Shown here piece by piece: positions 13,508 through 25,239 of a stretch of 64,000 nt of DNA. The number at the start of each line of letters is the position of its first letter. The first letter of the stretch is position 1. The translations under genes were made by a program, and so were the position numbers. The notes under the pieces are model-generated. The model did no database searches. It was given only the letters and a program-made list of their open reading frames with translations, and was not told where the DNA came from. The stretch lies in the NCBI GenBank assembly GCA_039621445.1, contig CP154954.1, positions 1,612,001 to 1,676,000 on the forward strand. The letters run 5' to 3'. Source of the stretch: Euglena gracilis (lineage: Eukaryota).

Positions 13508-13916
13508 TTACCAACTCGCTTTGGTTACACCTGGAAGTAAACCATAATGAGCCATATCTCGAAGAATATGTCGTGATAATCCAAAAGTCCTAAAATATCC
13601 ACGTGATCTCCCTGTTACGTAACAACGATTTCGAAAGAGTTAACAAATAAAAATACTCAAAAAAATAAATATAAAAATTTTATAAATTTTTCAAATTATT
13701 AACAGCTATAAAATTTGAATGACAAATAGAAAATCAAATTAATCGGCAACGCAAACTATTTCTAGGTAATTTTTGCAAAAAAGAGTAAATCCGCAATTTT
13801 TTCTCAAAAGATTTTTCGTCTTTTCCATTTGTCCTGTATACATAACGGTTATGGGAATGTATTAATACTAATATTATTCGTTTTCTCTGTCTTGCTATAA
13901 GACTTTTTTTTGACAT
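13508..13916 (-). CDS. rps14: 30S ribosomal protein S14, one ~105-nt group III intron
   Basis: [13 protein letters not shown]...LPRNS...RL | [41 protein letters not shown]. Confidence 0.94.
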
Positions 13917-13955
13917 AAATAAAAAATTTTTAGGTTAAATAATGCTCGAATAAGA

Positions 13956-14039
13956 TGCATTCAGCTGGATTCGAACCAGCGACGTCCTTCCGGAGCGAGA
14001 TTATGAGTCCCGTGCTATCGTCCACTCTGCCATAAATGC
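13956..14039 (-). tRNA. trnI: tRNA with CAU anticodon and long variable arm, probably tRNA-Ile(CAU, lysidine type)
   Basis: GCATTTATGGCAGAGTGG...CTCATAA...GCTGGTTCGAATCCAGCTGAATGCA. The GCAT acceptor start resembles plastid trnI-CAU. Confidence 0.82.
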
Positions 14040-14067
14040 GCCTACAAATTATAGACGCAAAACAAGT

Positions 14068-14181
14068 TTAACCCTGTCGTTGTTTATGCTTGTTATTTAT
14101 ACAAACAACTAAAAGATTGTTTTTGCGACGAATCAAATAACATTTATTACAAATTTTTTTAACAGAAGAACGTATTTTCAT
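14068..14181 (-). CDS. rpl36: 50S ribosomal protein L36
   Basis: [37 protein letters not shown]. Confidence 0.97.
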   Translation of the reverse strand: MKIRSSVKKICNKCYLIRRKNNLLVVCINNKHKQRQG

Positions 14182-14264
14182 AAAAATTAAGTCTAATTAA
14201 ACAAAAATTATCAAACAACTTTTTAATAAAAAATAATAAAACAAAAGAGGTAATTTTAGTTTAT

Positions 14265-15386
14265 TTACCAAATATAAAACAGAATCTCCCCACCAATTTT
14301 ATTAGATCTAGCCAATCGATCAGTCATTAATCCTTTAGAAGTAGACATGCAAAATTAAATTTTAAAATTTCTTTAAGAACAATACAAGTTAATAATCAAC
14401 ATAAGGCTCAAATAAAAATAATAATAATAATACAAAAAATTACGTTAAAAAATATTTCAAAATAATTCACGAATAATAAGAATTAAATTTTATGTTTTTC
14501 ACAAAAACATGCATTAGAATACAAAAATAGAAATTCTTGCTAAATTATAATAAAGGAAATCATTATAAAAAATTTATTATTGCTTATAATTTTTATCTTA
14601 TGAAACTCAAAAAACATATCGCACAAACAGTTAAACCAACGCCACCTGCTACTGATTGTAGTCTTTTATAACTACTATAAGTACGCAAACCAGGTTTGCT
14701 TACACGTTTTATTTTAGTTATATAAGAAACTTGTTTTGGACCTTTATATTTTAAAAAGATTGTAATATATTTTTTTATAACACCGTTTTCAGTTAAACAC
14801 GTAGCGTCAGCCAATTCAAAAGAGTCAATAAATCCTTCTTTTTTTAAAATTTCGGCTATATTTACCGTAAGTTTTGTATTAATAACATTAACTTTTCTAG
14901 CTTTTATTAAAAGAGAGTTTCTTATTCTTGTAAGCATATCGTATAAGGCTAAATAAAACCTAACAAAAGAATAAAAATATGTATATATATTAATAAAAAT
15001 CAAAAATTAATTATACTTCTATAAAAAAAATCACACCTAATTACATTAAATTAAATTATAAATTTTTAAAACAATTTATTAACAAACTCTACAGGAAACC
15101 ATTAATCATAAAGTTTTGAAAAATAAAATTTAAATATTTCAAGATTTACTAATATTTAACTAATTTAATTATGTAATATTAATATAGTAATAAAAATAAG
15201 TGATCTCCCAACTAATGAATAAATTTTACAAAACAATAATAAACGGTTTGTTAAAGAAAAATACTACTATCAAAATATTTAATAATGCTCTTATTTACCG
15301 AATTTCAACATATATATAGATAATAAATATAAAAAATTATTAATAATATATTATTACACTTAAACTCGCAAATCAATATTTGTCAT
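14265..15386 (-). CDS. rps8: 30S ribosomal protein S8, 3 introns including one following an 8-nt exon
   Basis: MTNID | VIS | DMLTRIRN...KRVSKPGLRTY...GGVGLTV | MSTSKGLMTDRLARSNKIGGEILFYIW*. Confidence 0.94.
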
Positions 15387-15470
15387 AAAATTCTAAAAAT
15401 AAAACAATAAAATTACTATTAATAAAAAATAGATTTTGTACATCTTAACACGTAAAAAAAAGTATAAAAA

Positions 15471-16010
15471 TTAATCTCGGAACGGGATACCTAATTCTTT
15501 TAAAAGAAAGAAAGCTTCTTGATTCGTTTCAGCAGTTGTAACGATTGTTATATTCAAACCTTGTACTTTAATCATTTTATCAAAGTTAATTTCAGGGAAC
15601 ATTGATTGTTCACTTAACCCAAAACTAAAGTTACCTGATCCATCAAAACAATTCTTGTTTATTCCTTGAAAATCTCTAATTCTAGGTAAAGATAGATTAA
15701 TTAACCGGTCTAAAAAACTGTACATCTTTTCACTACGCAAAGTCAAAAACATACCAACAGGCATCTTTTCTTTAAGTTTAAAGTTAGCAATAGCTTTTTT
15801 CGCCTTACTTATAATAGGCTTTTGACCAGAAATAATTTCTAATTCATTTAATAAAACTTCCAAAATTTTTGAATTTTGACAAGATTCATCAAATCCTCGA
15901 TTTATAACAATCTTTTTTAATTTAGGAACCCTATAAGAATTAACATAACCAAATTCTTCTTTAAGTTTGGGAATGATAGTTTCTAAATAAAACGATTTTA
16001 ATCTTTGCAT
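15471..16010 (-). CDS. rpl5: 50S ribosomal protein L5
   Basis: Intact 179 aa ORF with VPKLKKIVIN, ISGQKP and LPRIRDFQG. Confidence 0.98.
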   Translation of the reverse strand: MQRLKSFYLETIIPKLKEEFGYVNSYRVPKLKKIVINRGFDESCQNSKILEVLLNELEIISGQKPIISKAKKAIANFKLKEKMPVGMFLTLRSEKMYSFLDRLINLSLPRIRDFQGINKNCFDGSGNFSFGLSEQSMFPEINFDKMIKVQGLNITIVTTAETNQEAFFLLKELGIPFRD

Positions 16011-16193
16011 TTTTTTATAAAATCCTTTTTAAATATTACTACTACACTAAATTTTAATAAAAATATTTTGGAACTATAAATAGGAATGATAAAAGTAAAA
16101 TTTATAATAAAAAAACACACATACAAAAAATTAAGAAAATATAGATATACGCTAAAAATGAAAAACAACTTATTATGAGAAGTCTTTATTGTA

Positions 16194-16667
16194 TCACACA
16201 ACCTCTGGCGCTAAGGACATTATTTTTACGAATTCCTTTTCTCGCAATTCGCGAGCAATGGGGCCGAAAATTCTTGTACCTTTAGGTGAACGATCATTAT
16301 TAATTATGACAGCAGCATTTTCGTCAAAACGAATTGCCATTCCACTTTCTCTACGTACTCCTTTAACAGTTCTAACAATAACAGCTTTAACAATATCTGA
16401 TTTTTTAACAACCATGTTAGGAATAGCTTCTTTAAAATAGATAAAATCTTTATAAATTTATAAACAATATCAATATAAAAGAATAATAAAATAATAAAAA
16501 CATAAAAAGATATATAAATTATTAACTCTAATACACAATTTTACAACCGCTATTATTATATCACCAATATTCGCATACTGACAATTTGGTCCTAATATAC
16601 GAATACACATAATTTTTTGTGCTCCAGTATTATCCGCAATTTTCAAATATGTTTGTGGTTTAATCAT
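16194..16667 (-). CDS. rpl14: 50S ribosomal protein L14, one group III intron (~16540-16433)
   Basis: [25 protein letters not shown]...AVVK | EAIPNM...FDENAAVII...[13 protein letters not shown]...LAPEVV*. Confidence 0.95.
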
Positions 16668-16762
16668 CTAAACTAAAAAATAAATTATAAAGAACGAAGA
16701 ACTACCAAAATAAGAATTTTACCAAAAATATTATTAACAAAAACAATTAGCATTAAACAGTT

Positions 16763-17825
16763 TTAAATTTTAACAATAACACGAGTTTTAATAGGCATTT
16801 TATATCCTGCTATTTTTAAAGAATACTTTGCAATGGATTCTGAAATACCCAATACTTCGTAAAGAATTTTTCCAGGTTTTACAATTGCAACCCAATATTC
16901 TACATTTCCTTTCCCTGAACCCATGCGAGTTTCGGCTGCTCGAAATGTTACAGGCTTATCGGGAAAAATTCTTATCCAAAGTTTGCCCCCACGTTTTGCA
17001 TATCTTGTAATAACTCTACGAATTAAATAAAAAAATTTTTTTTTAGAAAAGAAAACAGTAAAAATTTATTTAAAATAAAACAATTAAGAAAAATCATCTT
17101 ATAAGTAAATAAGTTAAAAAACCTTTTTTATCGAAAACCAAAAAAGTTTATAAACAATAAAAATTTATTAAATAACTTTGAAAGCAAAAAATCTATATAA
17201 ATTTATTAGAAATCACAAAAAACCACAAAGCAGCTTCAATTTGACGTGAAGTTATCCAACCAGGCTCTAATGATTGTAAAACAAGTACAATATGCCTTAA
17301 AAAATCCAAACAAGCAAAATGTAATGCATTTGGCTTTTAATTAATAAATTTAAAAAAAGTAAAATAAGTACAAAATCAAATTGTATATCATAATATAAAA
17401 TAAAAAATTTTAATAATAATCTACTTAATTTTAGTAAAGATTAAATGTATTTTTTATTATTTTAATTTTTATTAGCTCAAAAAAATATTTAATACTTAAA
17501 ATTTAAAATTATTAAACATTTATTACGTTAAGAATAAAATGCTATTAAAGATATTTAATTACAATAATTTAAAACTTAAACAAAAAATAATTAAATTTAC
17601 TCATAATTAATTTTTTAAATTATTTAGATCGCACAAGCATAATTACCAAAAACAACTTTATCAATTAAATAAAAAATTTCACTTAAATCAAATCGAATAA
17701 AATAACTATCGTGGTAAAACGCAATAAAAATTTTATTTTTTACATAAAAAAAGTCTCATATAGATTTTACCTGTTAATCTACCTCTATGATATTTACGAA
17801 ACTTCGTTCGCTTAGGACTTAACAT
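16763..17825 (-). CDS. rpl16: 50S ribosomal protein L16, 3 introns
   Basis: [16 protein letters not shown]..., [25 protein letters not shown] | [25 protein letters not shown]...RMGSGKG. Confidence 0.94.
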
Positions 17826-17881
17826 ATAAGACTATAAAAACAACGAAAATAAAAGATAATAAATTTCTAAATTAGGTAAAT

Positions 17882-20640
17882 TCATTGCAACTGATTAAAA
17901 TTATTACAATAAAAATGAATTAAAATCAAATTTTCAAAGAAACTAAAGTTCCACTTTTTTATGTTCAAAATTACAAAACGATTCGAATAAATCGATTTTT
18001 TACAAAAGAAACATAGTCCCCTCTGATTATTATATAAGACAATAAAATTAGGTGAAAATTTATATTTGAACTTTTCAAATATCATACGTTCTAATTTTCC
18101 TTTATTATATAAGTTGAATATATTTAAAGTATTAGATATTTTAAATTTCATATTTCTATAACTATAAAAATATTTCGAAGAATACAAATGAGACTTTAAA
18201 AATAAAAAATTTCCTGTTTTTATATCAGTAATGAAAAATCTCCAAATTCCTGAAAAAAATTTCCAATATTTAGAGTAAATCCAAGTTCTAGTTTTTCTAG
18301 AATGAAGTTTTTTTATATATCTCCACAATAATCGGTAAAGATAAAGATCTAATTCTAAAAATAGAAAATTGTTATTAAAACAAAAAAAACCTCTGTTTAA
18401 ACAATCTAAAATTTTTTTATTCAATAAATTTACTAAAAAAAATACACTTTTTTTTAAAAACATTTTTACAATCATTTTTAAACTTAGTTTATAAAATTGT
18501 ATATGTTTTTTATTAATATGCAATAAAATATTTGAACCAAATCTTAAAAAATCGAAAATAAAAAAATTAAATACAAACGTCTCAAATCTATAAAAAGAAT
18601 TAATATTAATATTCAAAATAATCCCTCGAAGACTAAAAAAAGATATAATAATTTTTTTACAAATAAAAAAATCATAAGGAAACTTAAAAAAAAAATAAAA
18701 TTTATCTATATAAAACAAATAATAAACTTTATAACTAATAAAAAAATTTTTAAATAGACTTTTAACAAGTTTTTTAACAAACCTAATCATACAAATCAAA
18801 TTGTAATAGGCTTTTTATCTGAAACAATAAGTTCAAGATATAAAAATTTCATTTTTAGAAACATAATTTCAAATGGAAAAATTACAATAAAAATTGCGTA
18901 GAATAATCCTAAACGTCTAATTTTGATTAAATCAATAGAATTAACTTTTATTGTTTTTTTAGTTAAAATTTTTAATAGAACTTATTTTTAAATGAATAAA
19001 TTTTAAACTTTTAAATTCAGATTTTTCAATTAAACTCAGAACAAAAATTTCTGAAAATTTTTCCAAATTATTTCTTATGTAATTTTTATTTTGAATAATT
19101 GAAAATAATTTATAAAAAAGAACCTATGAAAGAAACGAAAATATTAAGTTTTTAAATAAAACTTTTAAAAAGCAAACAATACGCACTTCTTGAAAAAAAA
19201 ATTAAAAAACTAAATATAAATATATTTGTATATAAACCATGCGTAAAAATTACATAGCTTTAAAAAAAAGCTACAAAATCAATTTTAGAATACAGCATTA
19301 TAGTTCACTACAAAAACGAAAAAAGGTGATTACGTAATTACTTATTAACAAAAATATTCTTTTTTTATACAAATCTTGAAGAAATTGATAATTCATTAAA
19401 AAATTAATGATTTAATAATACAAAAATTTAATACCTGCAAAAAAAATTCTATTTCTAATGAATAACTTTATTAAAAATACAAGTTTAAGAATTCTCAAAA
19501 AACACATTAAATAGTAATTCGCAACAATCCATTAAATATAAAATTAAAAATTATTAAAAAAAGTGACTTAAAAAAAACCAAATTTTTACGGTCTAAAAAA
19601 TTTTTTAAAAAATTTACATCCAAAGGAAAATTTTTATAAATCCAAGAAAAACGAGCAAAATATAAAAACTTAAAATTTTCGACCTTAAAATAATAAGAGT
19701 ACTTAAAAACATCTATTAAAATTTGTTCAAAATCAAAAAAGTTGCCTTCAACAAAAAAATAATAATCTTTTATAAAACAAGGATTAATATCATTAATATA
19801 AGGTAAAAGAGTACTTGTTAACAAAAGACTAAAAGATAATTTATATAGAAGAAAAAAATCATAAGAATAAAACAAAAACGCGTTTTTAATGTTATAAAAA
19901 AAACCATGGAGAAATAAATTTCTTTTCGAAGATAAAAGTGATACTAGAAAAAATTTATCCTTAGAAGAATAAAAATACGATTGTAAAGAAGGAAATTTTC
20001 AAAGCAATTACGAACAGAAAAATATGAGAAAAAACTTTTAAAAAACGCCGTTGTTGTTTAAAAAAAAATATATCTGATTTTTTAGATGCTAAATAAATTT
20101 TATGTTGTGTTAAGGAAACAGTATTATCAAAAAAAGTGCTGTTTAAAACCTCATAAAAATAATCAAAAAAGTAAAATAAAAAAAAAAAAAAAAATGATGC
20201 AAATTCCTAAACACAAAAACTATTACTTTTAATTAAAAATTTGTTCACAAACTGTAAAAAATATTTTCATATAGTACAGCTTTTCAAAATGAATATAAAA
20301 TATAAATGTTTCGGTGAGGTATTACTACTAATACTAATAATGCATGATTTTATTAGATTATAAGTGATTTATTAATAACCATTTCAGTTAATACGGTATA
20401 TGTTTTTTAACAAGTAAAATAAATAAAAATTCCAAAATTTAGAAAAAAGTTATTAATAAAATAAATTTGATCTTTTTAAAATATTGAAGGATTATAAGAA
20501 GGAATTTTTCATAAAAAATATTTTAAAATAATACAAAATTAATGACGCAAAAAATTCCATTTAATAAAGTTCCAATTAAATCTAAAAAAAAGAAAACAAA
20601 ATGTTTTACAATATAGCGAAAAAAAAAATAATAAAATAAA
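17882..20640 (-). CDS. roaA: Free-standing, intron-split maturase-like gene between rps3 and rpl16; 5' boundary and exons approximate
   Basis: RT0-like LTQHKIYLASKKS (~20080-20110), X-domain-like LYLYRLLWRYIKKLHSRK..WIYSKYW, C-terminal QRGLCFFC...ENLILIHFYC. Introns start TTGCG (~20550) and GTGCG (~19166). The position matches the Euglena roaA locus. Confidence 0.75.
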
Positions 20641-20669
20641 TATCAATAAAAAAAAATTAAAAGACGCTA

Positions 20670-21670
20670 AATTATACCCAAACCTTTATCCCTAAAAAAA
20701 TTTTTTATTATAAAATTAATAAAATTTATTAAAAACAAAAAAATAAAGAAAAATTTATAAATTATATTTTATAAAAAAGAATATTAATTATTTAAAATAA
20801 TCTATATGACCTCAAAGTATGAAGAGGAACTCTTCCTTCCCTAAACCATTCCGTCCTAGCAATTTCTATACCATTTAAACGTCCAGAAACTTGAACCTTT
20901 ATACCCTCTGCTCCTGCCTTCATTGCTTGCAACATTACAGTTTTCATAGCCCTTATAAAAGGTGTTTTAATTCTCGACGAACTGAGTCGGCAAGAAGTCT
21001 GGCATCTTAGGAGAGTTCACTCCTACCACCTTACAAGTAATAATACGAGAAGTCTTAACCAACAGATAATAAATAATATCAATCAATATATAATACGAGA
21101 TAATCCCTGGCCATCTCTTACACGTTCTGGTCTGGCAACATGAATATAGACTATTGTGTTATTTCTTTGTTCACTAATATATTTCTCTAAACGAATAAAG
21201 TCTCTAAAGCTCTTATTCATAAAATTACGGATACGTTTTACAAAACTAGCGTAATGCCTATTTTCCACATACAAAAATGAACTAAAAGAAAATGAAAACT
21301 CTTTTTAAAGTTAAATAAAATACTTTCAAAACAAAAAATTAAAAGCATATATAAAATAAAAACTCGGGTATAATCTAATAAATAAAATATAAAAAATTAT
21401 CCTCAAAATAAAAACTTTTCAAAAAAAATAAATAAGGAAAAATAAACATTAAAAAAACTTAAAAAATAAAAAATCGACCTCAAAAAATTTAACGATTGAA
21501 GCTATCTTTAAATTTTAAAGTAAATAAGAAAAAAAATTATAAATTAACTTTAGAACTTTAGTATCGCACTATAATATTTTAGATAAAACAGTTAATAATA
21601 GAATAAATTTATTACGAAATAAATATTTTGTATAATAATACCTAGCCTAAAAAGGGTGAACTTAAAAAAA
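20670..21670 (-). CDS. rps3: 30S ribosomal protein S3, frameshifted in this sequence by probable errors
   Basis: VHP..FRLGI trace (~21660), [37 protein letters not shown], and GIKVWV (~20680). Confidence 0.85.
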
Positions 21671-21679
21671 AAAAAAAAA

Positions 21680-23850
21680 TGCAAAAAAATTAAAAAAATA
21701 AAAAAAATACGAACAAAAATAAATACCAGGTAAATTTAAAAACGATTATTGTTTTTTTATTATAGATAATTTTTTTCTATAAATTTAATCTTTCAATTTT
21801 CAAAACAAAAAATGTAAAATATTATTAATGATTAAAAAAATTAAAAAAAAACAATAAAAAAATATAAAACAAAATTTTAAAAAAAATTAAAATAGAAATT
21901 ATATTCTAAAATAAAAATAATAAAATACAATATAAAAAATAAAAAAACTAAAATTTTTAGTATTTCCCAATTTTTTAAACAAAATGAATAAATAAATTTT
22001 AAATGAAAAATAAAATTTTTACCATAAAAATTCAAAAAATAAAATAAATAAAATCATAAAAATAATTTTATTTATCTATTTAGAAAAACAAAAATAAAAC
22101 AATTGCAAAGAAAATACGAAATCAAATCAGACTATAGTATACCGTTAGGAAAACCCTCCCTTCATGTGGACATAAAAATTACATCTGCACTTCGAGAAAA
22201 CGCAAACATTGTTTTTTCGTATTTTATGAAGAAATTAATTTAAAAAAAAAGAGTAGGTTTTTTAAAAAATTCTTCAACGCCTTAATTGATTTAAATCAAA
22301 ATTAAAAGAGAAATTCTAACGTATTAAATAATTTTTGTTCACAGTAAAAATCATATATTATAAAAAACTGTATAAAAGTATCCTAAAAATCTTTACAAAA
22401 TCAAAAACATAAAATTACTTAATAGTTTCTTCTTTTACCGTAATTTTAAAAACTATTAAGGTTTAAAAAACCTTTTTATAAAAATAATAAGAAAAATAAA
22501 AATTTATTACAAATAATAAAAAACAACTAAAATAACTATATAAATAATTCCAATCATATAAAATAAAAAGTATAAAGATTAAAAAAACAATATTTTCATA
22601 AAAAAAAAAAAAATAATAAACTTAATAAAAATATTTGTTAAAAAAAAAATAAACGATATTCATCTAATTTTAATAATAAAAACAAAATTTTTTTTTAAAG
22701 AAATTAACGAGAAAAAAAAAAACTAATAATAAACAAAAAAAAAAAAAATAAAATTAACAACAAATAGAATAATTTTAGACGAAATAATATTAAAACGTTT
22801 ATCTTTTACCTAGCTTTACCCTAATAACTTTTTGACCTTAAAAAAAAACAATGTTCTAAAATCTTTTAAAACATAAATAATAAATAAATTAAAAATGTCG
22901 TAATAAAATTTTTATTTATAAACAATTTAATCTATTACAAATTAATCAATTTTTCAAACTACTTAAAATAAGTTTGAATAAAATAAAATAATTTAAAAAA
23001 AATCAGAATAAACAAACAAATTTTAATATAAATAATTTTAGAAAAATATAAATTATTAAAATAGAAAATTTTTACAGTATAATTTTTGCATAATTAAAAC
23101 CATAATGAAGTACCAAATCGCTTTTCAAAAAAATGTTAAAATAATTGTTTTGAAATGAATAAAAAAATTTTAAACCATAAACCAAATTCAACAAATAATA
23201 AAAAAAAACTAAATATAAACATCAAAAATAAATAAAATTTTGTTTTAAAAAAAAACTAATTATTTTAACAACAATAGAGTAAATAAGAAGCAAATGCCTC
23301 TAAAGCCAGAACAAAAAAAATAGACAAGAAAAATTGCATGTCGTTTTTATAAAGATTCATTAAAGAAAATTGTTTAAAAAAAAAGAATTATTAAAAATTT
23401 TTAAATAATTAAAATAATTAATTTTACTAAACTTTAATATTTATACTTAAATTATTTGAAACTAAATATTAATAAATTCTTAAAATAATTTTAAATAAAG
23501 GAGTTAAAAAAAGTTATCCATATTTATATACTAAAAAATTAAGTAATTAAATAATAAATAAATTACAACAAAAAAAATTTCTAGTCAAAATTAATAATAA
23601 ATTAACAGTTTTTAAAGTTTTATCACGTCAATAATTTGAGTTAAAAACCTAATTTTAATTAAAAAAAAATAATAAAAAAAAAATATAAGAAATATATAAA
23701 AAAATTAGAAAACCATACTTTAAACTGTATCATAAATTTTTAGAATATATAAACATATAAAGAAACAAATAACAAAAAAAAACAGAAGTAAACTTTTAAA
23801 TAAAAAAAATTAAAAAATTATGATCTATAATACAATAAAAATATATATAA
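21680..23850 (-). other. Corrupted stretch at the expected position of rpl23-rpl2-rps19-rpl22
   Basis: No intact ORFs. There is a faint rpl2-like HPHGGGEG trace at ~22150-22175 (minus strand GTCCACATGAAGGGAGGG). The call rests mainly on synteny between psbJ and rps3. Confidence 0.45.
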
Positions 23851-23869
23851 AGAATATAAAAGTATTAAA

Positions 23870-23985
23870 ATATTAAACAAAACTAAAAGAAAATTAAAAA
23901 AAAGCAAAAAAATCAAAGCAAGAAGTAAAATCGCTCATTAAAAATGTAAGAACTAACCAAAGTGGAATTCCCTGTCTGAAAAATA
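23870..23985 (-). CDS. psbJ: Photosystem II protein J (corrupted trace)
   Basis: Minus strand ACAGGGAATTCCACTTTGGTTAGTT reads TG(R)IPLWLV with an indel, in the psbE-F-L-J order. Confidence 0.65.
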
Positions 23986-24062
23986 AATATTTCTCCCAAA
24001 TAATAAAAAATCAAAAAAAAAAAATACTAAAATATTGCTTCAAGAAACCTTTAATAATAAAA

Positions 24063-24160
24063 CTAATTAAAGATAATAATAAATAGAACAGCCAAAACAA
24101 AAATTAATATAGTCCCCAGAAAAGGTCCTATAATTCGACTGTTTTATTGAATTTGTATAT
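24063..24160 (-). CDS. psbL: Photosystem II protein L (corrupted trace)
   Basis: Minus strand gives TVEL..RT..FWGL..IFVLAVLF...IFN* with indels. Confidence 0.7.
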
Positions 24161-24256
24161 AAATAATTTATAAAAAATATGTTAAACCTTAGATAAAAAT
24201 TAAACAAAGTAACTAACTTAACAAACTTTACACTTTATTTTAACAAATTTTAAAGG

Positions 24257-25232
24257 TTAACGTTTAAAATTGCAGAAATAGATCAAAAAAATATGTAGGA
24301 TGCCAAAGCTAAAAAAACGAATGTAAGCTAGTATATAGTTATCTTAGTATTATTAAGAATAAACCAAAAACTGCAGGGAAAGATAGATTATAAAGTCTTT
24401 ATAAAAAACTGAATTTAAATCATACGCTAGTCAATTAAATTAAAAAAAAAAAAATATAAAAAAATAAAAAAAAATTAAAAACGTAGAGCCGCATTTTTGC
24501 ATACAATAATTAATATGTAAATATTTTTAATAATTTGTTGATAAAAAAAAAATTTTTATTTAATTTTTTTTTAATTAAAAATATAATTATACATCAATAA
24601 TACTTTAAACTCTTGTCCTTCTTTTATTTTTAATATGCTTTCTTAAAATGCGTCTCTTCACCAAAAAATATAAAAATATTATATGTTAAGAAAAATTAAC
24701 ATTTAATGATTAAGGAAAAAAAAAAACAAATTTAAAGTTACTCTATCAAAATCCTCTAAAAAAAAAAAAAAAAAATGAAAAAAATAAAAAGCAACCAATA
24801 TATTTCTTCAATTAAATAAAAAAAACAAGGATTTTACAAAAAAAGTACTAGTAGGAAACAGATTATAAATAACGAACACACATACTTATCATTGCCAAAT
24901 TAAATATAATCGATAAACTTGGAATATATATTATGATTTTTATATTAAATAAATAAAACGCATTTTTCATATTTATTAATAAAAAATACCCTTTCTTAAA
25001 CAAAAAAATAAAAAAGTTATCATTATTTCATCTAAAAACAGAACAAAAAATTTCAAATAAAAAAAAAATTGAACATAAAAAAAAATACTGTTTTATACAC
25101 TTCAAAATATTAGTATATTTTTTTAAAATCCTGAATAAGTCTTACTTGAAGGATTTAATTTTTTTGAAATTAGACAAAAGTTCAAATCAAATTAAAAAGT
25201 AACTATAAAATGCGTCAGACTTTATTTGTTGT
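24257..25232 (-). CDS. psbF: Cytochrome b559 beta subunit (corrupted), split by one large intron
   Basis: Exon 2 trace GCTTTGGCATCCTAC...TCTATTTCTGCAA...AAACGTTAA matches AL.IPT.FF.GSISA...KR*. The exon 1 trace TTNK directly follows the psbE stop. Confidence 0.6.
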
Positions 25233-25239
25233 ATAAATT

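Noticed and set aside
16074-16199. Possible extra rpl14 intron giving APEVL* instead of APEVV*
   Set aside because: The unspliced frame already ends at a normal length, and nothing supports the extra splice.
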